A stretch of 64,000 bases of DNA. Source: Octopus vulgaris (lineage: Eukaryota). This document shows positions 25,288-37,125 of this stretch, in pieces. Below the pieces are notes generated by a model. The model saw only the letters and a list, made by a program, of their open reading frames with translations, made no database searches and was not told where the DNA came from. The stretch covers positions 2,790,001-2,854,000 of the forward strand of contig OX597842.1 of the NCBI GenBank assembly GCA_951406725.2, given 5' to 3'. A program made the translations under genes and the position numbers. Every line of letters starts with the position of its first letter. Position 1 is the first letter of the stretch.

Positions 25288-25508
25288 GCTCGACAATGTA
25301 AAGTATAATAGCCATCTCAATATGGCTAACCACAAAGGGTGAGTGTTACGAGAAAGGGATGGCCTCCCTTTGCAAATACCATAAGGGCACAGATAGTGTG
25401 CCTAAAGCCAGCTGGAGACGATGATCTCCTGGGGCTACAAGCTACAGTAACACCCCCGCTTTGTGGTTAGCCATATTGAGATGGCTATTATACTTTACAT
25501 TGTCGAGC
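25288..25508. mobile_element. short foldback element with perfect 50 bp terminal inverted repeats, relative of 60869-61410
   Basis: 25288-25337 is the exact reverse complement of 25459-25508; interior homologous to 61265-61370. Confidence 0.9.
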
Positions 25509-25562
25509 ATTATTTGTATTATTTACATTTAACAGATATTTGTCCTTATCTTGTTTGTTGTT

Positions 25563-25608
25563 AACACAACGTTTCAGCTGATGTACTCTCCAGCCTTCAT
25601 CAGGTGTC
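25563..25608 (-). ncRNA. minimal type-I hammerhead motif with intact core
   Basis: minus strand: GACAC CTGATGA A GGCTG GAGAGTACAT CAGCT GAAAC GTT GTGTT. Confidence 0.75.
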
Positions 25609-25637
25609 TTGGGGAAATTTAAAACCTGGGTATGAAT

Positions 25638-25702
25638 ATGGCGTACTGGTTAAGAGCGCGGGCTACTAACCCCAAGATTCCGAGTTTGATTCCAGGCAGT
25701 GA
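25638..25702 (+). pseudogene. tRNA-derived Pol III head (not a functional tRNA)
   Basis: tggcgtactggttaag A-box-like, gggCTACTAAccc anticodon-like arm, gagtttgattcc B-box-like; stems imperfect. Confidence 0.7.
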
Positions 25703-25734
25703 AATGAATAATAATAATAATATGTACATTGTTA

Positions 25735-26218
25735 TATCTTGGTATAAAAGATAGGATACAGCAAATATTCTGCTCAATACCACAGATTTGCTTGTCAGTT
25801 GTTTGACCATAACCAGTTGAGCATGTCCCTTAGTGGCTGACGATATGTGCATCTCTGATCACGAGCAGAAGTAGTGGGGGAGCATCATAGCCATGTGTTG
25901 AGAGGGATTCTTTGGAGTTTGGATAATTCACCTCTGGAAACATGGGTGCTTCGTTCAACATCCTTAAACAACCCATATTCAGGGACCTTTTGAGCAGGAT
26001 GGGCTACTTGACCAGAAGAAAATTCTAACTGGGCCCCACCTGCAAGGTCATGTGCTGTTTATCTTGATATGAGATCACCATGTCGTGCGTATATGGTTGT
26101 GATGCATGTGCCTGATGTACCCTTATCAGATGGGTAGTCATGATGGGTATACTGGGCTTTGTATATTTTACCTCAAAGTCACTTTGATGGCATGCACTGC
26201 TCTCTCACTCAATAATAA
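25735..26218 (+). mobile_element. repeat family F (LINE 3' end-like, (AAT)n tail) inserted in the (AAT)n of H1
   Basis: reverse-complement copy at 40390-40705; ends ctctcactcaataataata. Confidence 0.75.
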
Positions 26219-26273
26219 TAATTACATCAAAAAATACCTTAAGAATGAGAACCCAGGTTTGACATTTCCCCAA

Positions 26274-26319
26274 GGCACCTGATGAAGGCTAGAAGGTATA
26301 TCAGCTGAAATGTTGTGTT
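26274..26319 (+). ncRNA. minimal hammerhead motif, CpG-decayed
   Basis: GGCAC CTGATGA A GGCT..AGCT GAAAT GTT GTGTT. Confidence 0.6.
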
Positions 26320-26629
26320 AACAACAAACAAGATGAGGACAAATATCTGTCAAATGTAAATAATGTAAATAATTACTTTTTATATTCAACATAATGAATG
26401 GTATCATCTATTTAATTTTAGACTATTTAATTATGATACATGGGACATGTCTTACAGCTTTTATGGTGCTTACAGAGCATCAGGCATCAGTTATGGTGTC
26501 GGCATTTAGATATCTATGGTGAATTATTGTTACACAGGTAACTATTTTATTATTGTTACACAGGTAACTATTTTGCAATATTTAGATCATTTTCAGTCCT
26601 TCATGTCAGTTAATCTTTTCTCAACTACA

Positions 26630-26990
26630 ACTTTAATCTTTATGCACTCCAACGCCACTTCCCTGAACAGGGAGGAGCAAGCCTGCTTTCTCTTGGTAGC
26701 TGCTGTTGTGAAAGAGGTAGTATGGAAGACAAGAGTGAAAGGAATTGCAACAGGCATGTTTATCTCCAGTCTCGAGCTAATCGACTTTTTCGTTTTCCAC
26801 ATGAAACGGAAAATAAGGCTGGAGAAGAAATGCCTGTCGCAAAGTGTGTTTCGTAAAAGATGGAAGTCTATAGCAAGTATGTTGCGAGTGAAAGAACCTG
26901 TTTAAATGAGAATATAAAAAGGAGAAAGCAAAGTCTTCAGTGTGAGTATGTGGTTTGTGGGGTCAACCGCGTTCCATTTTTTTGTAAATC
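26630..26990 (+). mobile_element. L1/Tx1-like LINE ORF2 C-terminal remnant
   Basis: translation VKEVVWKTRVKG...LIDFFVFHMKRKIRLEK..LS...FRKRW; judged by eye. Confidence 0.55.
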
Positions 26991-27004
26991 CCTCATTCTC
27001 ATTT

Positions 27005-27270
27005 CATCATCATCATCATCGTTTAACATCCGTTTTCCATGCTAGCATGAGTTGGACAGTTCAACCAGGGGTCTTGGAAGCCAGGAGACTGCACCAGGCT
27101 CCAGTCTGATCTGGCAGTGTTTCTACAGCTGGATGCCTTTCCTAACGCCAACCACTCCATAAGTGTAGTGAGTGCATTTTACATGCCACCGGCACAGGGG
27201 TGGCTGGCAGCGGCCACGATTGGTTGGTGCTTTTTACGTGTCACCAGCACAGAAGCCAGTCAAGGTAGCA
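27005..27270 (-). mobile_element. repeat family E
   Basis: catcatcgtttaacatccgttttccatgctagcatg block. Confidence 0.8.
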
Positions 27271-27483
27271 CTAATTGTATATATTTTAATTGTTTGTTTA
27301 TTCATACGTTTCGTCTCATTCGATACCCTGACCCCAACGTTTGTTTTGTCTGTCCTCGTATCGTCCCCTCTTTTTCTCAACCTCATCATTAATAAAGAAA
27401 TTGACTGTTATAGATATACATCAAGTTGTTCTTGAACAAAGGAGATATGAAAATCATCAAATATACCCCAAACACCTTGTACA

Positions 27484-27521
<38 letters not shown>

Positions 27522-27769
27522 AGTGAGTGAGGGAGGAATGGAAGGAGGGAGGTGTATAGGTAGATAGATAGATAGATCAACAGACAGACAGGTAAAGAGG
27601 TAGAAAGACAGACATTTAGCCAGACAGTAGATAGGTAAATAGATAAACTTGTCTAACAACCTTATCTTCAAAACTTTTGACACATTTTGTCTGAAAAATT
27701 CCATCACAAAATAAAAAAGAAAAAAACAGAAACAACAGAAATACTCTGCAGTCCATTCGATGACAACTA

Positions 27770-27985
27770 ATAAAAGTTTGATATATGGATATTGGGACAT
27801 GTTTTGAGGAATAATTTATGTAAGATAAGGCACCGGTAGCATTTTGGAGTATTTGCCTGTGGCTTACACCAATATGTGGTCGTCATTTTGAGATTCTTAT
27901 CTCTAATGATTCTTAGATATTTCAAGTGATCAACATATTTTTTTGTGTTGTTGTCAAATTCAAGCTGTGTTGGGTTTGAGTGAGT
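27770..27985 (-). mobile_element. possible Penelope-like RT N-terminal remnant
   Basis: translation QANTPKCYRCLILHK..TCPNI resembles PLE P.FYGLPKIHK...RPI. Confidence 0.4.
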
Positions 27986-28020
27986 GTATATAAAAATACT
28001 TACACACATATAAAAATACT

Positions 28021-28350
28021 TAGGCGTAGAAGTGGCTGTGTTGTAAGCAGCTTGTTTACCAACCACATGGTTCCGGGTTCAGTCCCACTGCGTGGCACCT
28101 TGGGCAAGTGTCTTCTACTATAGCTTTGGGTCAACCAAAGCCTTGTGAGTGGATTTGATAGACGGAAACTGAAAGAAGCCCATCGTATATCTGTATATAT
28201 ATATATGTGTGCATGCGTATGTTTGTGTGTCTGTTTGTCCCCCCAACATCGTTTGACAACCGATGCTGGTGTGTTTACATCTCCATAACTTAGCAGTTCG
28301 GCAAAATAGACCGATAGAATAAGTACTAGGCTTACAAAGAATAAGTCCTG
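28021..28350 (+). mobile_element. SINE family A, 3'-truncated
   Basis: similarity to consensus. Confidence 0.9.
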
Positions 28351-28806
28351 ATAGATTGACTATATATATAGATATATATATATTTATAAATTTGTAGTGT
28401 AAGATATGGATTCATAGAATTGTATGGTGATCACAGCAAGCTCTTCTAATGGGCTTGGCTACCAGACCACATAGTACTCCAATAGAGAGAAATGTAATGC
28501 AGAGTATCCATGCAGCTTTAATTCTGAAGATCTGAACAATGAAAATACTTTCATGAGAAGTATATAAACCATAAAAGGTCAGGAGATATGAGAGGTGGAC
28601 ATATTTATTTGACCACTTGTCATCCTTATGATTAATGCTGTTTTGCAGACATCACCAAATAGCAATAATATCAGTGCAATATATATGTATATATATATGA
28701 GGACACATGGCCTAGTGGTTAGGGTGTTGCACTCACGATGGCGAAGTCGTGGTTTCAATTCCAGGACTGGGTAGTGCATTGGATTATTTAGCAAAACATT
28801 TCATCT

Positions 28807-29017
28807 TACTCTTTACTCTTTTACTTGTTTCAGTCATTTGACTGCGGCCATGCTGGAGCACCGCCTTTAATCATGCAACTCGACCCCGGGACTTATTCTT
28901 TTGTAAGCCCAGTACTTATTCTATCAGTCTCTTTTGCCGAACCGCTAAGTAACAGGGACATAAACACACCAGCATCGGTTGTCAAGCAATGCTAGGGGGA
29001 CAAACACAGACACACAA

Positions 29018-29048
<31 letters not shown>

Positions 29049-29222
29049 CATATATACGATGGGCTTCTTTCAGTTTCCGTCTGCCAAATCCACTCACAAG
29101 GCTTTGGTCAGCCTGAGGCTACAGTAGAAGACACTTGCCCAAGGTGCCATGCAGTGGGACTGAACCAGGAACCATGTGGTTGGTAAGCAAGCTACTTACC
29201 ACACAGCCACTCCTGCGCCTAT
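28807..29222 (-). mobile_element. SINE family A, full-length
   Basis: similarity to consensus. Confidence 0.95.
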
Positions 29223-29919
29223 GACCTTCTGATCACACTACTTTGTGATCAGAACACTTTGACACCTGACATTAAGCACACCTGTACAGGTAATATTGAT
29301 TTGATGGAGAGAGTGAGCTAATGTACAACACATATGTTTGATCACTAAAAACAAATCGGTTGAGCTGGTTGGTCAACAAAAATTGAAGTCTAATAAATCA
29401 TCATCAATGACAGAAGCTGTCATATATGTATCATCATCAACATCATCATCCTCTACCATCCATTGTCCATACTGGAAAATTTGACCTGAGATGGCAAGTC
29501 AGAGAGCAGCAACAAGGCTCTGGTTTAATTTGGTATGGTTTCTATAGCGGGATGTCCTTCGTAATTCCAACCACTTTACAGTGTGTGCTGGATGCTTTTA
29601 ATGTGGCACCAGCATGAGGGCTACTACATGGCGGCGGCATGAGTGCTTTTAAAGTGGCACCAACACAGGACGCATGTAGAACAATCCTCTTCACCATGTA
29701 TGTATGTATATGTTTGTCCCCACCAACATCGCTTGACAACTGATGTTGGTGCATTTACGCCCCCATAACTTAGCTGCTCAACAAAAGAGACTGATAGAAT
29801 AAGTATTAGGCTTACAAAGAATAAGTCCTGGGGTTGATTTGTTTGACCAAAGATGGTGCTCCAGCATGGCCATAGTCAAATGACTGAAACAAGTAAAATA
29901 CATATATATATATATATAT

Positions 29920-30002
<83 letters not shown>

Positions 30003-30314
30003 TATATATCTATATATATATATATATATATATACATACACATGTGTGTGTGTATATATGTATATACATCTGTATGTATATATATACATGTGTGTGCGTA
30101 TGTATATACGACAGGTTTCTTTCAGTTTCCATCAGTCAAACTTACTCACAAAGCTTTGGTTGTCCAAGGGCTTTAGTAGAAGACACTAGCCCAAGGTAGG
30201 ACTGAACCAGGAACCTGCAGTTGGGAAGCAAACTCCTTAACCACATAACCACTCTATATGATCTATTTTTTATCTTTTTACTTGTATCAGCCATAGGAGT
30301 GTGACCACCTTAAA

Positions 30315-30504
30315 TGTATATATGTGTCTATATGTATGTATGTATGTGTGTGTGTGTGTATGTATGTATGTGTGTTTGTATGTATGTGTGTGTGTGCGTG
30401 TGTGTATGTATGTATGTATGTATGTATGTGTGTGTGTGTATGTATGTATGTATGCATGTATGTATGTATGCATGTATGTATGTGTGTGTATATGTATGTA
30501 GGTA

Positions 30505-30551
<47 letters not shown>

Positions 30552-30638
30552 ATGTATGTGTGTGTGTGTATGTATGTATGTATGCATGTATGTATGTATG
30601 CATGTATGTATGTGTGTGTATATGTATGTAGGTATGTA

Positions 30639-30670
<32 letters not shown>
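30315..30670. repeat. (TATG)n/(TG)n microsatellite with internal block duplication
   Basis: tatgcatgtatgtatgtatgcatg..tatgtatgtaggtatg block occurs twice. Confidence 0.92.
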
Positions 30671-30964
30671 ATCACTATATACACAATAACACTTAGGCCC
30701 ACATTAAATGAGGGTGAGGGGAGGGCAGCCAGTTTTGGCAGCAGTGAGGGTGATGGCCATGGCAGGGGTGTGTGCTAGTTGTTACCTGTGTGGTGGTGGT
30801 GGTGATGGTGTGTAAGGGGTTGGGGTGTGTCTGTTGAAAATCGGTTTAGATATTCTAACACCGGAAGTGTGCATGATCGTTGGCGCATGCATGAGTGAAC
30901 ACTGCAACACCAGCTGTTTCAAAACCAACAATAAAAGTGAAAAAATATGTTTATAAATAAATAA

Positions 30965-31555
30965 ATAGGTGCAGGCGTGGCTGTGTGGTGAGAAGCTTGC
31001 TTCCCAACCACATGGTTCTGGGTTCAGTCCCACTGCGTGGCACCTTGGGCAAGTGTATTCTACTTTAGCCTCAGGCTAACCAAAACCTTGTGAGTGAATT
31101 TGGTAGATAGAAACTGAAAGAAGTCAATCATATGTATATATATATATACTATTTTACTCTTTTACTTGTTTCAGTTATTTGACTGTGGCCATGCTGGAGC
31201 ACCGCCTTTAATTGAGCAACTCAACCTTGGGACTTATTCTTTGTAAGCCCAGTACTTATTCTATCGGTCTCTTTTGCCGAACCGGTAAGTGACGGGGACA
31301 TAAACACACCAGCATCGGTTAAGCTATGTTGGGGGCACAAACACAGACACACAAACATATACAAACATGCATATATATATACATATATACGATGGGCTTC
31401 TTTCAGTTTCCATCTCCCAAATCCACTCACAAGGCTCTGGTTGGCCCAAGGCTATAGTAGAAGACACTTGCCCAAAGTGCCATGCAGTGGGACTGAACCC
31501 AGAACCATGTGGTTGGTAAACAAGCTACTTACCACACAGCCACTCCTGCGCCTAT
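30965..31555. mobile_element. inverted SINE A pair (+ head 30965-31135; - full copy 31152-31555)
   Basis: opposite-orientation similarity to consensus. Confidence 0.88.
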
Positions 31556-32083
31556 ATATATATATGGAATGGTTGGCATTGGGTAAGGCATCAAGCTATA
31601 GAAACCATGCCAAATCAAACTGGAACCTGGTGCAAATTCCTCACCTTACCAGTTTTGGTTCAAACTGTCCAACCCATGCCAGCATGGAAAGTGGATGTAA
31701 AATGATGGTGACCATAGCTAGATAGAAATGCATGAATTCACACACAGACATGGACTTAAGCTGTTTTGGTTCTTCATCTCTCTGTCTCCCCCCTCTACTC
31801 CTCTCCCTCCAACTACAACACTATATAGCAACTTTGAGCCCATGCCTGTAGTGGTGGTGGTGGGAGAGGGGTTTCTTCACGGTTGGTCGACATGCTAGAA
31901 ACGGCAATTAAACCTACATCAAATCATACAATACTGACTTAGATAAACAAAGTACACACTGGGTAATGCGGCACTAGATGCACCATCATCACCATCGTCA
32001 TCATCACCATTAACATCGTCATCACTATCATTGTCATCATAATCTGCATTGTCATTATCATCTACATCATTAACATCATCATT

Positions 32084-32256
32084 ATAGGTGCAGGAGTGGC
32101 TGTGTGGTAAGTAGCTTGCTTACCAAGCCCATGGTTCCGGGTTCAGTCTCATTGCATGGCACCTTGGGCAAGTGTCTACTACTATAGCCTCGGGCTGACC
32201 AAAACCTTGTGAGTGGATTTGGTAGACAGAAACTGAAAGAAGCCAGTTGTATATAT

Positions 32257-32299
<43 letters not shown>

Positions 32300-32530
32300 C
32301 ATGTATGTATGTGTATATGTTTGTGTGTGTGTGTTTGTCCTCCCAACATCGCTTGACAACTGATGCTGGTGTGTTCACATCCCCGTAACTTAGCGGTTGG
32401 GCAAAAGAGACTGATAGAATAAGTACTAGGCTTACAAAATATAAGTCCTTAGGTCGATTTGCTAGACTAAAGGCGGTGCTCCAGCATGGCCGCAGTCAAA
32501 TGACTGAAACAAGTAAAAAAAAAAAGAGTA
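32084..32530 (+). mobile_element. SINE family A, full-length
   Basis: similarity to consensus. Confidence 0.93.
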
Positions 32531-33204
32531 TTATCATCATTGACATCATCATCATCATCATCCTCATTATCATTTGTTATTATCGTCATCATCACTGACC
32601 TCATCAGTTTAATGTTCAGTCCTTCTTTTCCATGCTTCTATGGGTCAAACAATTTGTTGAAGCAGATTTTCGACAGCCAGCTGGATGCTCTTCCTGTCAC
32701 CAACCTGTTTCCAAGCAAGGTAATATCCCCCCAACCCACCCTTGAAGGGGTTATTATCTCAAGAAAGACAAAAAACAAGATTTGCCACAAGGGACTCTCC
32801 TTGTATGATAATAATGTTCATTTATAACCTCCCTGTGATGTCCAGACCCAGAGACACAAACACACATCTGAAATATATAACAAGGCTTCCCCACAGTTTC
32901 CATCAACTGAATCGACTCACAAGGCTTTGGTGGGCCCTGTTCTATTGCAGAACTTGTCCAAAGAGCTTCACAGTGGGACTGAACCTGAAACCATGAGGCT
33001 GCAAAACAATCTTGTTAACCACACAGCCATACCTACAACTATTACACACACACACACACACACACAGTATGATAGTAACAGGTAGAATGCTGAACTGAAA
33101 CTATACAGCAATAACTTATACTAACCACTAATACTAACTCCTATACTGTACTGTACATTAGATAATGTAGTCCTAGATACACTATGCCTGAATAAACGAT
33201 GGGA

Positions 33205-33592
33205 TACTCTTTTACTTGCTTCAGTCATTTGACTGTGGCCTTGCTGGAGTACCACTTTTAGTCGAGCAAATCGACCCCGGGACTTATTCTTTGTAAGCCT
33301 AGTACTTATTCTATCGCTCTCTTTTGCCGAACCGCTAAGTTACAGGGACGTAAACACACCACCATCAGTTGTCAAGCAATGTTGGGGGGACAAACATAGA
33401 CACACAAACATATACACACACATACATATATATATACATATATACGACGGGCTTCTTTTCAGTTTCCGTCTACCAAATCCACTCACAAGGCTCTGGTCGG
33501 CCCGAGGCTATAGTAGAAGACACTTGCGCAAGGTGCCACGCAGTGGGACTGAACCCGGAACCATGTGGTTGGTTAGCAAGCTACTTACCACA
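33205..33592 (-). mobile_element. SINE family A inserted into a family G repeat (33110-33680)
   Basis: flanks join into the reverse complement of the 45700-46310 unit; gatgggat on both sides. Confidence 0.88.
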
Positions 33593-34175
33593 CTGGTTTG
33601 AATTATAGATGGGATGGTCACAGCAGGAACATCTCGGGTCTACTAGACTGAAAAATGACCTGGGGATATAAAACACCAGCAACTCCCCTTCTTTGTTTAC
33701 CTCCTACCACCACCCTCAAAACCATAGTCTAACCCCGCCCTCCCCACCACCACCAAGTCTAATTCTGTAATAAGATAAACCATATACAGGTGTAGTTGAA
33801 TGGCTCAGGGGACGGGGTAGGGCACTTGTTGGTATATATTTTGAGTTCCGCTTCAGAGCAATGCACTCACCGCCATCCGTCCGCCCCCCCTCAACTCCCA
33901 TCAATACCTACTTTTCGCCAGATATGAATCCATCCAAACGTGCGTTTGTGGTGGGGGTGGGGGTGATGGAGGGGGTGGTGCAGGGGGTGCTGATGTCCCT
34001 GGGGGCTGTTACTGAAGCTAATGATAATGTTGATTATTGTACCGTGCAAAATACGATTATAATTACCTCTATACACACACGTGTGTGTCTATATGAATGC
34101 ACATATATATATTTGCGTGTGTGTGCATGTATGTATATACATACATATAAATGATATATATATATATATTTATAG

Positions 34176-34477
34176 GGGGCACAATAGCCCAGTGGTTAGG
34201 GCAGCGGACTCGCAGTCATAGGATCGTGGTTTCGATTCCCAGACCAGGCGTTATGAGTGTCTATTGAGCGAAAACACCTAAAGCTCTACAAGGCTCCAGC
34301 AGGGGATGGTGGTGATCCCTGCTGTACTCTTTCGCCACAATTTTCTCTCACTCTTTCTCCTGTTGGCCTGCTCGCTTAGCCAGCAGGGTGGCGTCATTTA
34401 AAGGCTAAAACAATGTGAAGCGCATTGTGACCAGCGATGTGTAGCAACATCTGATTGCCTGGTCAGTCATGGTGACG

Positions 34478-34480
<3 letters not shown>
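34176..34480 (+). mobile_element. SINE family C variant
   Basis: tagcccagtggttagggcagcggactc...ggtttcgattccc head. Confidence 0.75.
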
Positions 34481-34523
<43 letters not shown>

Positions 34524-34524
34524 A

Positions 34525-35425
34525 GATAAGAAGTTTGCTTTCCAACCACATGATTCCAGGTTCAGTCCCACTGTGTGGCACCTTGGGTAAACAGCTTTTA
34601 CTATAGTCTCTGGCTGACCAGAACTTTATGAGTGGATTTGATAGAGGGAAACTGAAAGAAGCCTGTTATACGTATGAGTGTGTGTCTGTGTGTGTGTAGA
34701 AAGAAACATGCATCCTAAGTACATGGTTTCAAGTTCAGTCCCACAGTGTAACACCTTGGGCAAATGTCTTTTATTGTCTTCGGCTGACCAATGGCTTCCG
34801 AGTGATTCTGCTAGATGGAAACTGTTTGAAAGCCCTCTGTATGTATATATGCATATATGTGTGTAGTGGTGGTGGGGTGCATTTGTTTGTCCCCTATTCC
34901 TCATCAATTGAAAACCAGTTTGGCTTGTTTATGTCCCTGTAACTTAATGGCTAGGCAAAAGGGATCAATAGACTAAGGCCTCCGTTTCCCAAGTCCTGGT
35001 TTTCAATCATCATTGATGTTTCTGTAATTATATATATATATATATTTCATTTTTTACTTGTTTCAGGCATTAAACTTCGACCATGCTGGGGCACCGCCTT
35101 AAAGAAGTCTTAGTGGAATGTTTCAACCTAAGGACTTTTTTTTTTAAAGCTTGATATTTATTTGATTGGTCTCTTTTTCCAAGCTGCTGTTTCTGGAATG
35201 TAAACAAACCAACACCAGTTGTCAAGCAGTGATGGGGGAAAATACAGACACATAGACAAGCACATACACACACAGAACTTCTATAAGTTTCCATCTACCA
35301 AATCCATTCAAATCACTTTAGTCGGCCCGAGGCTATAGTAGAATGCACTTGCCCAAGGTGCCATGCAGTGGGACTGAACCTAGAACTATGTGGTTGTGAA
35401 GCAATCCTCATAGCACACAGACACA
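34525..35425. mobile_element. older SINE A fragments (+ 34525-34980; - 35050-35425)
   Basis: diverged similarity to consensus. Confidence 0.75.
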
Positions 35426-35897
35426 CCACATTTGCATGTGTTGAAACAAATCTTGTGTCTTGGGAAGGTTATTATGTAGATAATTACACATGCACTGGTT
35501 CAATACCAGTTCTTTATTGTAAGTCAATTGGTTAAATATCTTAATTGTTTAAATAACCAATTGGTGGTTTGTTAGTCAAACCCTAACCCTTCCATCATTC
35601 TTTCTGACCTTTTCTGTGACTCAGTGTGACTTCTCCTCTTGTTCCAAAGATTGCTCTGTGTCTCTCCAAGAATTTCTCTGATGTCTGTGTATACTTGTAT
35701 GTGTGTACGTAGATGTGTGTTTGCTAAGAAGAGAAGGTAAGAGTGAGGGTAGATGAAGGGTTTGTGTTTTTGTGTATTTAATTGTGTATGTACACCCATG
35801 GGATTTTTTTGGTATGTGTACCTTTAGTATGTGTGTTTGTTGGTATGTGTACCTTTAGTAGAAAGGATTATTATTATTATTATTATCATTATTATTA

Positions 35898-36105
35898 AGG
35901 TGGCAAGCTGGCAAAATCATTAGCATGCCAGGCGAAATGCTTAGCAGTATTTCGTCTGTCTTCATGTCCTGAGTTCAAACGCTGCTGAGGTTGACTTTGG
36001 CATTCATCATTTTGGGGTCGATAAATTAAGTACCAGTGAAATACTGGGGTCGATATTATCAACTAGTCCCCCCAAATTTCAGGCCTTGTGCCCATAGTAG
36101 AAAGA

Positions 36106-36140
<35 letters not shown>

Positions 36141-36406
36141 GGCGGTGAGCTGGTAGAATCGTTACCGTGCCAGGCAAACTACTTAGTGGTATTACATTTG
36201 CCTTCTGAGTTCAAATTCCACCAAAGTAGACTTTGCCTTTCATCCTTTCAGCATGGGGTGAATGTATTTGACAAGTCTTCTCCCCCAAAATCTCAAGGTC
36301 GTGTGCCTTCAGTAGAAATTATTATTATTATTCTGTTGGACACTGGGGTAGATGTAATTGACTTACCCCTCCCAAAAATTGCTGGCCTTGTGCTATAATT
36401 GGAAAC

Positions 36407-36442
<36 letters not shown>

Positions 36443-36657
36443 CACCATTATTTGCAAGCTGGCAAAATCATTAGCATGCCAGGAAAATCCTTTGCAACAT
36501 TTTCTCTATCCTTATTTTCTGGGTTCAAATTCTGCCATGGTTGACTTTGCCCTTCATACTTTTGGGGTTGATAAAATAATACCAGCTGAACACTGGGGTC
36601 AATACAATTGACTTATACCCTCACCTGAAATTGCTGGCCTTGTGCCCAAATTTGAAA

Positions 36658-36660
<3 letters not shown>
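35898..36660 (+). mobile_element. tandem cluster of 3-4 SINE B copies separated by (ATT)n
   Basis: ggtggcaagctggca/ggcggtgagctggta heads at ~35899, 36140 and 36455, each followed by (ATT)n. Confidence 0.8.
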
Positions 36661-36698
<38 letters not shown>

Positions 36699-36866
36699 GT
36701 AGGCATAGGAATAGCTGTGTGATAAGTAGCTTGCTTACGAACCACATGGCTCCAGGTTCAGTCCCACTGCATGGCACCTTGGGCAAGTGTCTTCTACTAT
36801 AGCCTCGGGCAGACCAAAGCCTTGTGAGTGGATTTGGTAGACGGAAACTGAAAGAAGCCTGTTGTA

Positions 36867-36931
<65 letters not shown>

Positions 36932-37125
36932 TTGTCCCCCCAACATCGCTTGACAACCTATGCTGGTGTGTTTATGCCACCGTAACTTAACTGTTCGGTG
37001 AAAGAGACCGATAGAATAAGTACTAGGCTTATAAAGAATAAGTCCTAGGGTCGATTTGCATGACTAAAAGTCGGTGCTCCAGCATGGCCGCAGTCAAATG
37101 ACTGAAACAAGTAAAAGAGTAAAAG
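36699..37125 (+). mobile_element. SINE family A, full-length
   Basis: similarity to consensus. Confidence 0.92.

Larger units (their letters stand above)
25510..26372. mobile_element. family H1 foldback: inverted ~120 bp hammerhead-bearing arms flanking a tRNA-like head and an inserted repeat
   Basis: 25510-25631 inverted relative to 26250-26372. Confidence 0.85.

Noticed and set aside
28523-28552. CTGAAGA...GAAA
   Set aside because: No helix II pairing
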